Shown here: piece by piece, positions 38,435 through 46,565 of the stretch
Layout: every line of letters starts with the position of its first letter
Position numbering within the stretch: position 1 is the first letter of the stretch
Source of the DNA: an uncultured Anaerolineae bacterium
GTDB taxonomy: Bacteria; Chloroflexota; Anaerolineae; SpSt-600
Direction: 5' to 3'
Assembly (NCBI GenBank): GCA_964655275.1
Contig: CAZZMI010000002.1
Location: 1-55,658, forward strand
Length of the DNA stretch: 55,658 nucleotides
The notes under the pieces: generated by a model
The model's database searches: none
What the model was told of the DNA's origin: nothing
What the model saw: the letters and a program-made list of their open reading frames with translations, nothing else
Translations under genes and position numbers: made by a program

Positions 38435-38749
38435 GTGGACCTAATCCTGGATAAAAAGGCTTATGATATTGTGGTTTTGGACCTGAGGAAAATCTTCCCC
38501 CTGGCCGATTACTTCGTCATATGCACCGGGGATTCCGAGAAACAGGTTGAGGCCATCGCCAGCGAGGTGCGGGAGAAGCTTGAGGCTGAGGGGATTGAGC
38601 CTCTGGGGGTGGAAGGGACCCCAGATTCAGGCTGGGTCCTTATGGATTACCGGGATGTTATACTCCATATTTTCATGCCCGCTCAGAGGGATTACTACGA
38701 GCTGGAAAAGCTGTGGAAGAAAGCCCCGGTAGTGGTTAGGATCCGATGA
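38435..38749 (+). CDS. rsfS: Ribosome silencing factor RsfS
   Basis: 'DIVVLDLRK...ADYFVICTGDSEKQVEAIA...GWVLMDYRDVILHIF..R.YYELEKLW'. The frame is open from 38387 and encodes an RsfS-like 'LDSLELAHRIVD' upstream of the GTG, so the true start is uncertain. Confidence 0.85.
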   Translation: MDLILDKKAYDIVVLDLRKIFPLADYFVICTGDSEKQVEAIASEVREKLEAEGIEPLGVEGTPDSGWVLMDYRDVILHIFMPAQRDYYELEKLWKKAPVVVRIR

Positions 38750-39473
38750 TGGACTTCCACCTTTCCCAGAGGAGGGGCAAGGTTTCGCCGGCTTTCCCCC
38801 TTATGGTTTCCGTAACATAAGGGGAAAGCGGGGTCTCCTGGGGGTTTACCTCCACTACCACTGCTCCTTGTCTTAAGGCGGCCAGGGGAATAGAGGCTGC
38901 GGGTTGCACCAAAGCAGAAGTCCCGATAACGAGCATAATTTCGCATTCTTCGGCAGCCTTAAAGGCTTTTTCCAGAATATCCCGTGGCAACGGCTCCCCG
39001 AACCACACCACGTCAGGTCGGAGGAGAGCTCCGCATTTGCAGCGCGGTGGGATTTCTTTCAGGGGAACTTCACGGTTTTCCATCACGATGCCCTCTTTGA
39101 CACAGCGAACCCGCCATATATTGCCGTGAAGTTCCAGAACTTTCCTGCTGCCGGCGGCCTGGTGGAGGCCATCCACATTTTGAGTTATGAGGGTGAAATT
39201 GGGCAGATATTCCTCCATTTCAGCCAGGGTCATGTGAGCGGGGTTTGGCTTGCTTCCGGCTATAATTTGCCGGCGCCAGTCATACCATTCCCATACCAGG
39301 GCTGGATTCCTGGCAAAGGCTTCGGGCGTTGCCAGCTCTTCAGGGCGGTACCTTTTCCAGAGGCCATCTTCGCCCCGGAAAGTAGGGATACCGCTTTCGG
39401 CCGAGACCCCTGCTCCGGTTAAAACTGCAACTTTCACTTTTCTCTTTCGGAGCCGCAGGATTTCTTCAAGCAT
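38736..39473 (-). CDS. cobB: NAD-dependent protein deacylase, Sir2 family
   Basis: 245-aa ORF. 'GAGVSAESGIPTFRG' and 'TQNVDGLH' motifs. 14-nt convergent overlap with rsfS. Confidence 0.85.
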   Translation of the reverse strand: MLEEILRLRKRKVKVAVLTGAGVSAESGIPTFRGEDGLWKRYRPEELATPEAFARNPALVWEWYDWRRQIIAGSKPNPAHMTLAEMEEYLPNFTLITQNVDGLHQAAGSRKVLELHGNIWRVRCVKEGIVMENREVPLKEIPPRCKCGALLRPDVVWFGEPLPRDILEKAFKAAEECEIMLVIGTSALVQPAASIPLAALRQGAVVVEVNPQETPLSPYVTETIRGKAGETLPLLWERWKSIIGS

Positions 39474-40581
39474 TTCTTCTTGGAGCTTCCGCTGTTCTCG
39501 GGAGGGTTAAAGCTCTGGGACGGCATCGGGTGACGCATAAACCACATCCGGCACACTTTTCTGGTTCCAGAAAGGCTTTCTTATCTACCACTTTTATGGC
39601 GCCATAAACGCAAGAAAGCTCACATAACCTGCATCCTGTGCATTTCTCAACCTCAAGCGAAGGAGGGACAGGATATAGCCTGTATTCTTGTTCCTGCACC
39701 CTTTTGAGAGCCAAACCCCTTACGTCTTCCACTGAAGAGTAGCCATGGGCATCAAGCCATTCCCCGATTTCCTTAGCGATTTTGCCGAAGATGGTGGGTC
39801 CCTTCAGTATGGCAGCGGTACAGACCTGCACTGCCCATGCTCCGGCCATAATAAGCTCTATAGCGTCAGTTCCTTTTGATACCCCCCCGACGCCTATTAT
39901 CGGTAGATCCACTGTCCTGGCGATGTCAAAAATACAGCGGACAGCCAGGGGTTTCAGGGCTGGACCCGAGAGCCAGCCGTATCCTTCCTTACTGCCCATG
40001 AGGGGGAAGCCTGTTTCTATATCAATTGCCATTACAGGCCCAAAGGAGTTTATAGCCACAATGCCATCGGCTCCGGCTTCCTTTGCTGCAGAGGCTGCTT
40101 CCTTCACATCCCTGAAAGGACTGAACTTCACGAAGACAGGCACATCCACTGCTTCCTTAGCCGCCTGGATAGCTTCCATCATTGGGCGAGGATCGTCTCC
40201 GATATAGTGAGTGGAAAGCTCCAGAGCATCGGCGTATGGCTTTACTTTAGGGGCCAGCTGAGCAATGTCTTTGGCTGTATACCCTAAGCTTATTATGAGC
40301 GGAAGGCCCGTCTTTTTAGCGATGGCATATTCCCTCTCAATCCACTGTTCCGGGGGAAGTTCAGACCACAGCTCGGTGTTAAGGAAGCCTCCGGGTATCT
40401 CAGCCATGTTGGGGTGAGGAACCTGAGCGGCTGTCACCGAGATAGTTTTGGAGACAAGGCCTCCGGCACCGCCTTCGGCGCACTTTTTCATGGCTTCTCC
40501 ATTCCAGACAGGAGGGCCAGCGGCAGGCATTACGGGGTTCCGGAACTTTATCCCGCATATTTCCACTTCAAGCCGGGCCAT
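39466..40581 (-). CDS. Dihydroorotate/dihydropyrimidine dehydrogenase-family flavoprotein with a C-terminal 2x[4Fe-4S] ferredoxin domain (PreA-like)
   Basis: 371-aa ORF. N-terminus 'ICGIKFRNPVMPAAG' and TIM-barrel flavoprotein pattern. C-terminus 'CTGCRLCELSC...CAGCGLCVTRC'. Confidence 0.7.
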   Translation of the reverse strand: MARLEVEICGIKFRNPVMPAAGPPVWNGEAMKKCAEGGAGGLVSKTISVTAAQVPHPNMAEIPGGFLNTELWSELPPEQWIEREYAIAKKTGLPLIISLGYTAKDIAQLAPKVKPYADALELSTHYIGDDPRPMMEAIQAAKEAVDVPVFVKFSPFRDVKEAASAAKEAGADGIVAINSFGPVMAIDIETGFPLMGSKEGYGWLSGPALKPLAVRCIFDIARTVDLPIIGVGGVSKGTDAIELIMAGAWAVQVCTAAILKGPTIFGKIAKEIGEWLDAHGYSSVEDVRGLALKRVQEQEYRLYPVPPSLEVEKCTGCRLCELSCVYGAIKVVDKKAFLEPEKCAGCGLCVTRCRPRALTLPRTAEAPRRNA

Positions 40582-40600
40582 TTTATCCTCCCAGGAATTA

Positions 40601-40631
40601 ATTTAAAAGGCACCGGCTTAATACCGGTGCC
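40601..40631 (-). terminator. Intrinsic terminator after the tRNA
   Basis: Stem GGCACCGG (40609-40616), 7-nt loop, CCGGTGCC (40624-40631). On the minus strand it is followed by TTTT (40605-40608). Confidence 0.6.
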
Positions 40632-40640
40632 TCCCGTCGT

Positions 40641-40714
40641 TGCCCCTGGCCGGACTCGAACCGGCAACAAACGGCTTAGGAGGCCGTTGCTCTATCCTCT
40701 TGAGCTACAGGGGC
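40641..40714 (-). tRNA. tRNA-Arg (anticodon CCT)
   Basis: The minus strand folds as a cloverleaf: acceptor GCCCCTG/CAGGGGC, D stem GCTC/GAGC, anticodon stem ACGGC/GCCGT with loop CTCCTAA, T arm GCCGG-TTCGAGT-CCGGC. 74 nt, with CCA not encoded. Confidence 0.9.
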
Positions 40715-40769
40715 CTCTAATTTATTTTACCACAAATGGGGGGAGAAGGGCAAATAAAATCCGCCCATT

Positions 40770-40797
40770 TTGTTTACGGGCCCGGTTGTGATATAAT
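40770..40797 (+). promoter_or_regulatory. Sigma70-type tatA promoter
   Basis: TTGTTT (40770-40775), 16-nt spacer, TATAAT (40792-40797). GGAGGGAGG precedes the GTG at 40831. Confidence 0.4.
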
Positions 40798-40830
40798 CTT
40801 TTCGGAAAAACTTTTGGAGGGAGGTGCAGG

Positions 40831-41019
40831 GTGCCTCATTTAGGAGTGCCTGAGCTGTTGATAATTCTCTTGATAATCATCATCATCTTTGGAGTTGGGA
40901 AACTGCCGGAGCTGGGGGGAGCGCTGGGAAGAAGCATAAGGGAATTTCGCAAGGCTACTTCCGGCCTTGACGAGGAAGAAGAAAGCGCTAAAAAGAAGGA
41001 AGAGGAGAAAAAAGCTTAA
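40831..41019 (+). CDS. tatA: Twin-arginine translocase subunit TatA/E
   Basis: 62-aa ORF. 'ELLIILLIIIIIFGVGKLPELGGALGRSIREFRKA' is the canonical TatA TM helix, hinge and amphipathic helix. Confidence 0.9.
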   Translation: MPHLGVPELLIILLIIIIIFGVGKLPELGGALGRSIREFRKATSGLDEEEESAKKKEEEKKA

Positions 41020-42296
41020 TCTCCTCTCAATTGGCGAAGGAGTTCACCCGCCCTTTGGGGGTTTATATTGCCTTCTTCCACCATTTTCCTGGCTATCAGG
41101 TCCACAAGCTCGCCGGTAGCACCTGCAGCCATAGCCACCTGGCGAGCGTGAAGTTTCATGTGGCCTTTCTGGATACCCTCGGTGGCCAGGGCTAAAAGAG
41201 CTGCCAAGTTTTGCCCCAAGCCTACGCTTGCCATTACCTGAGCCAATTCTTTTGAAGTCCTGACCCCGAGGATTTTGAGGCAAAGCCTGGCTAAGGGGTG
41301 CGCTCTGGTAGTTCCACCTATTGTTCCTGCGGCAATCGGTAATTCAATGAAACCTTCCAGATCGCCTTCATCGTTTTGCTTCCATATGGTCAGTGGACCA
41401 TAGGAGCCATTCCGTGCAGCGTAAGCGTGGGCCCCTGCCTCCAGCGCCCTCCAATCGTTACCGGTCGCTATAGCAACAGCATCAATACCGTTCATTATCC
41501 CCTTATTGTGTGTAGCAGCCCGATAGGGATCTACTGCTGCGAGAGCCCATGCTTCCACGATCCTCTTAGCCACTTCCTTCCCCGGAATCCCCTTCCCTTC
41601 AAGGGCTTCCCATGGGACAAGGCACCACGCTCTGGCTAAGCGTCGGTCAGAGAGGTTGGAAAGTATGCGCAGGATGACTCTTCCCCCCGTGATTTCCTCT
41701 ATAAGTGGGGCCACTGCTTCGGCGGCAGTGTTAACCATATTAGCCCCCATGGCATCTCTGGTATCGTAAAGGAGGTGAATGACCAGCATCGGGCCTGCGG
41801 GGGTTTGGGGGAATTTCCTCACTTCTAACCCTTTGCTTCCCCCACCCAGGGAGACGGTGGTTGGATGTTTAGCATCTGCCAGTCGGAAGATTTCCTCCCG
41901 GGCTTCAAGGATCTTTTCGGCTGCCTCTTCCATATCAGGGACATCCATCACCTGAATCTGGGCAATCATGATGGGCTCAGTGCTTTCGGCTTTAAAACCT
42001 CCGCCTTCTCTAACAAGCTTTGCCGCATGGCTCAGGCCTGCTACTACTGATGGTTCTTCTATTGCCATGGGAATGAGGTAATCTTTGCCGTTGATGAGAA
42101 AATTAACAGCTATTCCCAAAGGCAAGGGGAAAATCCCCACCACATTTTCAATCATTTTCTCGGCCTGTTCAGGGGAGAGGCTCTTTTCCAGAAGAGCTTT
42201 CTCCTCCGGGGAAAGCTCTGCCCATTGCGCTAAGATTTCAACCCTTTCCCGGAGGCTCAATTTGTAAAGACCTGGGAGCCGGGAAGTCTTCTCCAA
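41016..42296 (-). CDS. Hydroxymethylglutaryl-CoA reductase, class II
   Basis: 426-aa ORF. 'IENVVGIFPLPLGIA', 'AIEEPSVVAG' and 'TRDAMGANMVNT' motifs. Confidence 0.9.
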   Translation of the reverse strand: MEKTSRLPGLYKLSLRERVEILAQWAELSPEEKALLEKSLSPEQAEKMIENVVGIFPLPLGIAVNFLINGKDYLIPMAIEEPSVVAGLSHAAKLVREGGGFKAESTEPIMIAQIQVMDVPDMEEAAEKILEAREEIFRLADAKHPTTVSLGGGSKGLEVRKFPQTPAGPMLVIHLLYDTRDAMGANMVNTAAEAVAPLIEEITGGRVILRILSNLSDRRLARAWCLVPWEALEGKGIPGKEVAKRIVEAWALAAVDPYRAATHNKGIMNGIDAVAIATGNDWRALEAGAHAYAARNGSYGPLTIWKQNDEGDLEGFIELPIAAGTIGGTTRAHPLARLCLKILGVRTSKELAQVMASVGLGQNLAALLALATEGIQKGHMKLHARQVAMAAGATGELVDLIARKMVEEGNINPQRAGELLRQLRGD

Positions 42297-42381
42297 TTTC
42301 CCCTCCTTATTCCCAAAGAGTTTAAGCCCTCTTCTACAGTATAACGCAACCGTTTCAAAGCGGTCAAAAGGTGCTTTTCGT

Positions 42382-42411
42382 TTGCCAGTTTCAAAGCCAA
42401 TGTGCTATAAT
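42382..42411 (+). promoter_or_regulatory. Sigma70-type promoter upstream of the ABC module
   Basis: TTGCCA (42382-42387), 18-nt spacer, TGc-extended TATAAT (42406-42411). Confidence 0.5.
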
Positions 42412-42445
42412 ACCTCCGAGAATTGTTGCCCACGGGAATTAGGGC

Positions 42446-44050
42446 ATGATGGGGAAACCCCCGAGAGCGAAAAGGGAATTACGCCGGGAGCTAATTTTCC
42501 GGCTGGAACAGCCCTTTGGCCGCGGCTTCTCCTGGGGCGATGCGGTTGTCTTGCTGATCATCGCCGTCTTGATATACGCAGGGGTACGGTTAGCCCTGCA
42601 CGCTCCGGAGACGGTGAAAGGGCCCACCATGTTCTCTTTCCCCCAGCGCGTTGCCCTATTACGCCCTTCGCTCCCTCGGCCGTATGCTTGCCGCGTATGT
42701 TCTCTCCCTGCTTTTCACTTTGATCTATGGCCGCTTAGCTGCCTACAATCGCCGTGCTGAACAGGTACTTATGCCATTGCTGGATGTGCTGCAGAGTGTT
42801 CCCATCCTTTCTTTTCTACCGGTGGTCCTTCTGAGCCTGAGCATCATCCTGCCGGAGCGGATTGCAGCTGAGCTGGCCTCGGTTGTTCTTATTTTCACCA
42901 GCCAGGTTTGGAATATGACCTTCGCCTGGCACCAGTCATTGACGACGATCCCGGAGGAACTGCGGGAAGCCAGTGCGATTTTCCGCTTCAATGGCTGGCT
43001 CCGCTTCAGGGTGCTGGAACTTCCCTTTGCGGCCATCAGCCTCATCTGGAACAGCATGATGAGTTGGGCCGGGGGCTGGTTCTTCCTTATGGCCGCTGAG
43101 ATTTTCGCCGTAGGAGAACGAGATTTCCGCCTCCCCGGCCTGGGGGCCTATCTCCGGGAGGCTGCCAACCAAGGCGATACCCGCGCCGTCCTCTGGGGGA
43201 TCGGTGCACTGGTGCTGGTCATAGTCCTATTAGATCAGCTGGTCTGGCGACCCCTGTTGGCCTGGGCCGACCGCTTCAAACTGGAGATGGTGGAGGGGGA
43301 AAACCTGCCTTCCTCCTGGTTTTACGACCTCCTGCGGAACTCCAGATTGCAGAAATGGCTTTCGGAGAAGGTTTGGCGGCCGCTAAGCGAGCAAATAGAT
43401 GCATGGTTCATCCACCCCACCGCAGCTTTGAAAGTGAGAGAGGAAAAAACAGGCCGGCCGTACCTCCTTTATGCCGCCGGTGCGGCGATTGGCCTGGGGC
43501 TGACCTATGGTGCCGTCCGTGCTGCACTGATGCTGGCAGCGGTCCCCGTGAGCCAGTGGGGGGAAATCGGGCTGGGCCTCCTGGCGACATTCCTCCGGGT
43601 TTTCGCTTCCTTGACCATCGCGCTGGCCTGGACAATTCCTGTGGGGGTAGCCATCGGCACCAATCCGCGGGTAGCCTCTTTCTTGCAGCCCGTCGTTCAG
43701 GTATTAGCCTCGGTCCCGGCGACGGCCCTTTTCCCGGTCTTCCTGCTCCTCATCGTTGGCCTACCGGGCGGGTTGAACCTTGCAGCAATTGTGCTGATAT
43801 TGTCACCGGGGCCATCACAGCCAGTGGGGGAGCCTGGAACGCCAGCATTGTTGCCGAGCATGTGGAATTCGGCGGCCGGACGCTCTCTGCCCCCGGCATT
43901 GGCGCGCTTATTGCCCGGGCTACCGCTACCGGCGACTATCCCCTCCTCCTGGCTGCCACTCTGACGATGGTCCTGGCCGTCGTTTTTATCAACCGCATTT
44001 TCTGGCGCCAGCTCTACCGCCTGGCGGAAGAAAAATACCGGATGGAGTGA
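42446..44050 (+). pseudogene. Double-TMD ABC transporter permease (NitT/TauT-like family), disrupted by a frameshift and an internal deletion
   Basis: Three overlapping ORFs (42446-42760, 42651-43964, 43355-44050) in two frames jointly encode one permease. The frame switches near 42630 and near 43797. The second half lacks about 50 codons present in the first half. Confidence 0.75.
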
Positions 44051-44054
44051 GACT

Positions 44055-45353
44055 ATGTCTCCTAACGATTATCTGCTGGAAGTTCGCCATGTCCATCAGA
44101 TTTACCACAGCGGTTCCCGCCAATTTGTGGCCCTGCAGGATGTAAACCTGGCCGTTCGGGAAGGAGAATTCCTGTGCCTGCTGGGGCCCTCTGGCTGCGG
44201 GAAGAGCACCCTCCTGCGTATTATCACCGGCCTTCAGCGACCTACGGAGGGAGTAGTTCTCTATCGTGGCCAGCCGCTCCTGGGAGTCAACCCCCATGCC
44301 ACTATTGTCTTCCAGACTTTTGCCCTCTTTCCCTGGCTTACGGTTCTGGAGAATGTGGAAGTAGTTCTGAAGGCACGTGGTATCCCTCCAAAATTGCGCA
44401 CTGCCCGCGCGCTGGACCTTTTGGACCGGGTCGGGTTGGATGGGTTTGAATTTGCCTTCCCGCGTGAGCTCTCCGGCGGGATGCGCCAGAAAGTGGGATT
44501 TGCCCGTGCAATGGCAGTGGAGCCGGAGCTACTATGTCTGGATGAGCCTTTCTCCGCTCTGGATGTGTTGAGTGCGGAGGCGCTGCGGGGGGAACTGTTG
44601 GAACTGTGGACGGAGGGGAAAATTCCCACCAAAGCCATCCTGATGGTGACCCATAACATTGAGGAAGCGGTCTTCATGGCCGATCGCATCGTAGTGATGG
44701 ACAAGAATCCCGGGCGGGTGATAGCGGAGGTGACGGTGGACCTGCCCCATCCCCGGCGGCGGCGGTCGCCGGAGTTCCTGGAGCAGGTAGACCGGGTCTA
44801 CGGCATTCTGGCCGGGCAGACTCAGCCGGAGCATGTGGAGCTGGGTGTGGCTCCTGGCGAGCCAGGGCGCGTCCGGGCTCTTCCTCCCATAACCATAAAC
44901 GATTTGGCAGGACTTCTGGAGCACGTGGCAGAGATGCTCAACCGCCGCCACGATATCTACCGCTTAGCAAAGGAGCTGCATGTGGATTCTGATCATCTTC
45001 TGCTGGTGACAGAAGCCGCAGAGTTGCTGGGCTTTGCCACTATTAGTGAGGGCGATATCGCCCTGACCCCGTTGGGGGAGACCTTTGCCGAGGCCAGCAT
45101 CCTGGCACGCAAGGAGATTTTCGCCACACGCATCCGGCGGTTGCCGATTTTCCGCTGGCTCTTTTCCTTACTTAAGGCTGCTGAAGGCCAAAGGTTAAAT
45201 CGGGATGTCATCCTACGGGCGCTGGAGCTGGAGTTCCCACCCGATGAGGCCGAGAAACAACTGGAAACCATCATCAACTGGGGGCGATATGCTGAACTCA
45301 TAGCCTATGATAAGGCAGCAAATGTAATCTTCCTGGAACCTCCTGGCGTGTAA
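44055..45353 (+). CDS. ABC transporter ATP-binding protein (NitT/TauT-like) with a C-terminal AAA-associated domain
   Basis: 432-aa ORF. Walker A 'GPSGCGKST', signature 'LSGGMRQK', Walker B 'LLCLDEP'. An extra C-terminal domain of about 170 aa. Confidence 0.85.
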   Translation: MSPNDYLLEVRHVHQIYHSGSRQFVALQDVNLAVREGEFLCLLGPSGCGKSTLLRIITGLQRPTEGVVLYRGQPLLGVNPHATIVFQTFALFPWLTVLENVEVVLKARGIPPKLRTARALDLLDRVGLDGFEFAFPRELSGGMRQKVGFARAMAVEPELLCLDEPFSALDVLSAEALRGELLELWTEGKIPTKAILMVTHNIEEAVFMADRIVVMDKNPGRVIAEVTVDLPHPRRRRSPEFLEQVDRVYGILAGQTQPEHVELGVAPGEPGRVRALPPITINDLAGLLEHVAEMLNRRHDIYRLAKELHVDSDHLLLVTEAAELLGFATISEGDIALTPLGETFAEASILARKEIFATRIRRLPIFRWLFSLLKAAEGQRLNRDVILRALELEFPPDEAEKQLETIINWGRYAELIAYDKAANVIFLEPPGV

Positions 45354-45356
45354 TGT

Positions 45357-46565
45357 TTAAAACCCTTTCCCTTGCGGTGGACACCAGACCACATCCGTTT
45401 CATCAAAACTATCGCTTGTAACCCTCTTAAGCCATCGGGTGCTGAGGGATAGGATGTAAATCTCCCGGGCTGAGAATCCTTCCCCTTGCCCGGTATAGGC
45501 TACAAAGGCCATAAGCTTACCATCAGGCGAAAAGACCGGCCTTTCAGCTCCACCAGCAATTTGAGTAACTTTCTCAAGACCAGTGCCGTCTGGGTTTATA
45601 AAGTAAATCTGATGGGAACCGTCCATGGCTGAGACAAAGGCTATTTTCCGACCATCAGGAGACCAGGCAGGAAACCAATCCCGGGCTGGATGATCTGTGA
45701 GGCGAATGAGGTCATTTCCATCCTTTCGCACCAGGTATATATCCCAATTCCCGTCTTTGATGGCCGTGAAAGCGATCATTTCTCCATCAGGGGACCAGGA
45801 GGGCTGGCCGGCAAAGGAGTTCCCGGAGGTAAGCTGGCGAATTGTTTTGTTCTCAAGGTCATAAATGAAGAGCTCCTGGGCCTGGTTATGGTTCGCTCTG
45901 AAAACCAGGTAGCGAGCCTTCGGGTCAAAGGAGGGCTCACTTCCCTGCGCAATGAATTCAAGGCCATGATGGCCCTTCAGCCAGATTTTTCCCTCTTTTA
46001 CAAAAGCTATGGAGCCATCCGTAGCGAAAGAAATTTCTCGTTCATCGTCAGGAGAGTTTAAAATTGGCTCAAGCTCGGTGCCATCAGCGCGCATCCTGTA
46101 AAGGTCATAGTTTCCTGCCATGTTGGAGGCGAAGCAGAGGTAAAGGGGAGGGATAACTTCAAGGGTCAAAGGAGGGGTTTTCTCCCGTTCACCTGTGGCT
46201 TTTGTAAGTATGGCTTCAAATGTGTAAGTGGCGGGAGATGTAGCTTCCCACAGGAAAGTGACGAGCCAGCGGTTTGAGTAACGGACCATGGATCGAGGTA
46301 GGGGCTGAGCTTTATGTCCATTAACCCAAAGCTCAGCCCCCGTTATCTCCACGGGAGGGCTTTCTACTTCTACAGTAATAGTTTGGCCCTGAAAGATAAT
46401 CGCTCCATCCTGAGGAGAAAGGAAAAAAGCAAAAGAAGGGGGAAGCATCTGGACTTCAGGGCCTGCTTCCCCCTCCGGTTTTGAAATAATGTAAACCAGC
46501 AGACTCCACTCCAGAATAGCTGCGGCGAAAAGGAGCAGCAGGAGCAGAACCCGCTTACCTGTCAA
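45357..46565 (-). CDS. TolB-like WD40/PD40 beta-propeller protein with an N-terminal TM anchor
   Basis: 402-aa ORF. N-terminus 'VLLLLLLFAAAILEW'. Repeated 'PSWSPDGEMIAF', 'PAWSPDGRKIAF' and 'PVFSPDGKLMAF' PD40 units. Confidence 0.75.
   Translation of the reverse strand: MTGKRVLLLLLLFAAAILEWSLLVYIISKPEGEAGPEVQMLPPSFAFFLSPQDGAIIFQGQTITVEVESPPVEITGAELWVNGHKAQPLPRSMVRYSNRWLVTFLWEATSPATYTFEAILTKATGEREKTPPLTLEVIPPLYLCFASNMAGNYDLYRMRADGTELEPILNSPDDEREISFATDGSIAFVKEGKIWLKGHHGLEFIAQGSEPSFDPKARYLVFRANHNQAQELFIYDLENKTIRQLTSGNSFAGQPSWSPDGEMIAFTAIKDGNWDIYLVRKDGNDLIRLTDHPARDWFPAWSPDGRKIAFVSAMDGSHQIYFINPDGTGLEKVTQIAGGAERPVFSPDGKLMAFVAYTGQGEGFSAREIYILSLSTRWLKRVTSDSFDETDVVWCPPQGKGF

Noticed and set aside
40582-40830. 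tRNA-Arg as an integration site for a mobile element.
   Set aside because: There is no integrase, no direct repeat of the tRNA 3' end and no phage or island genes on either side.
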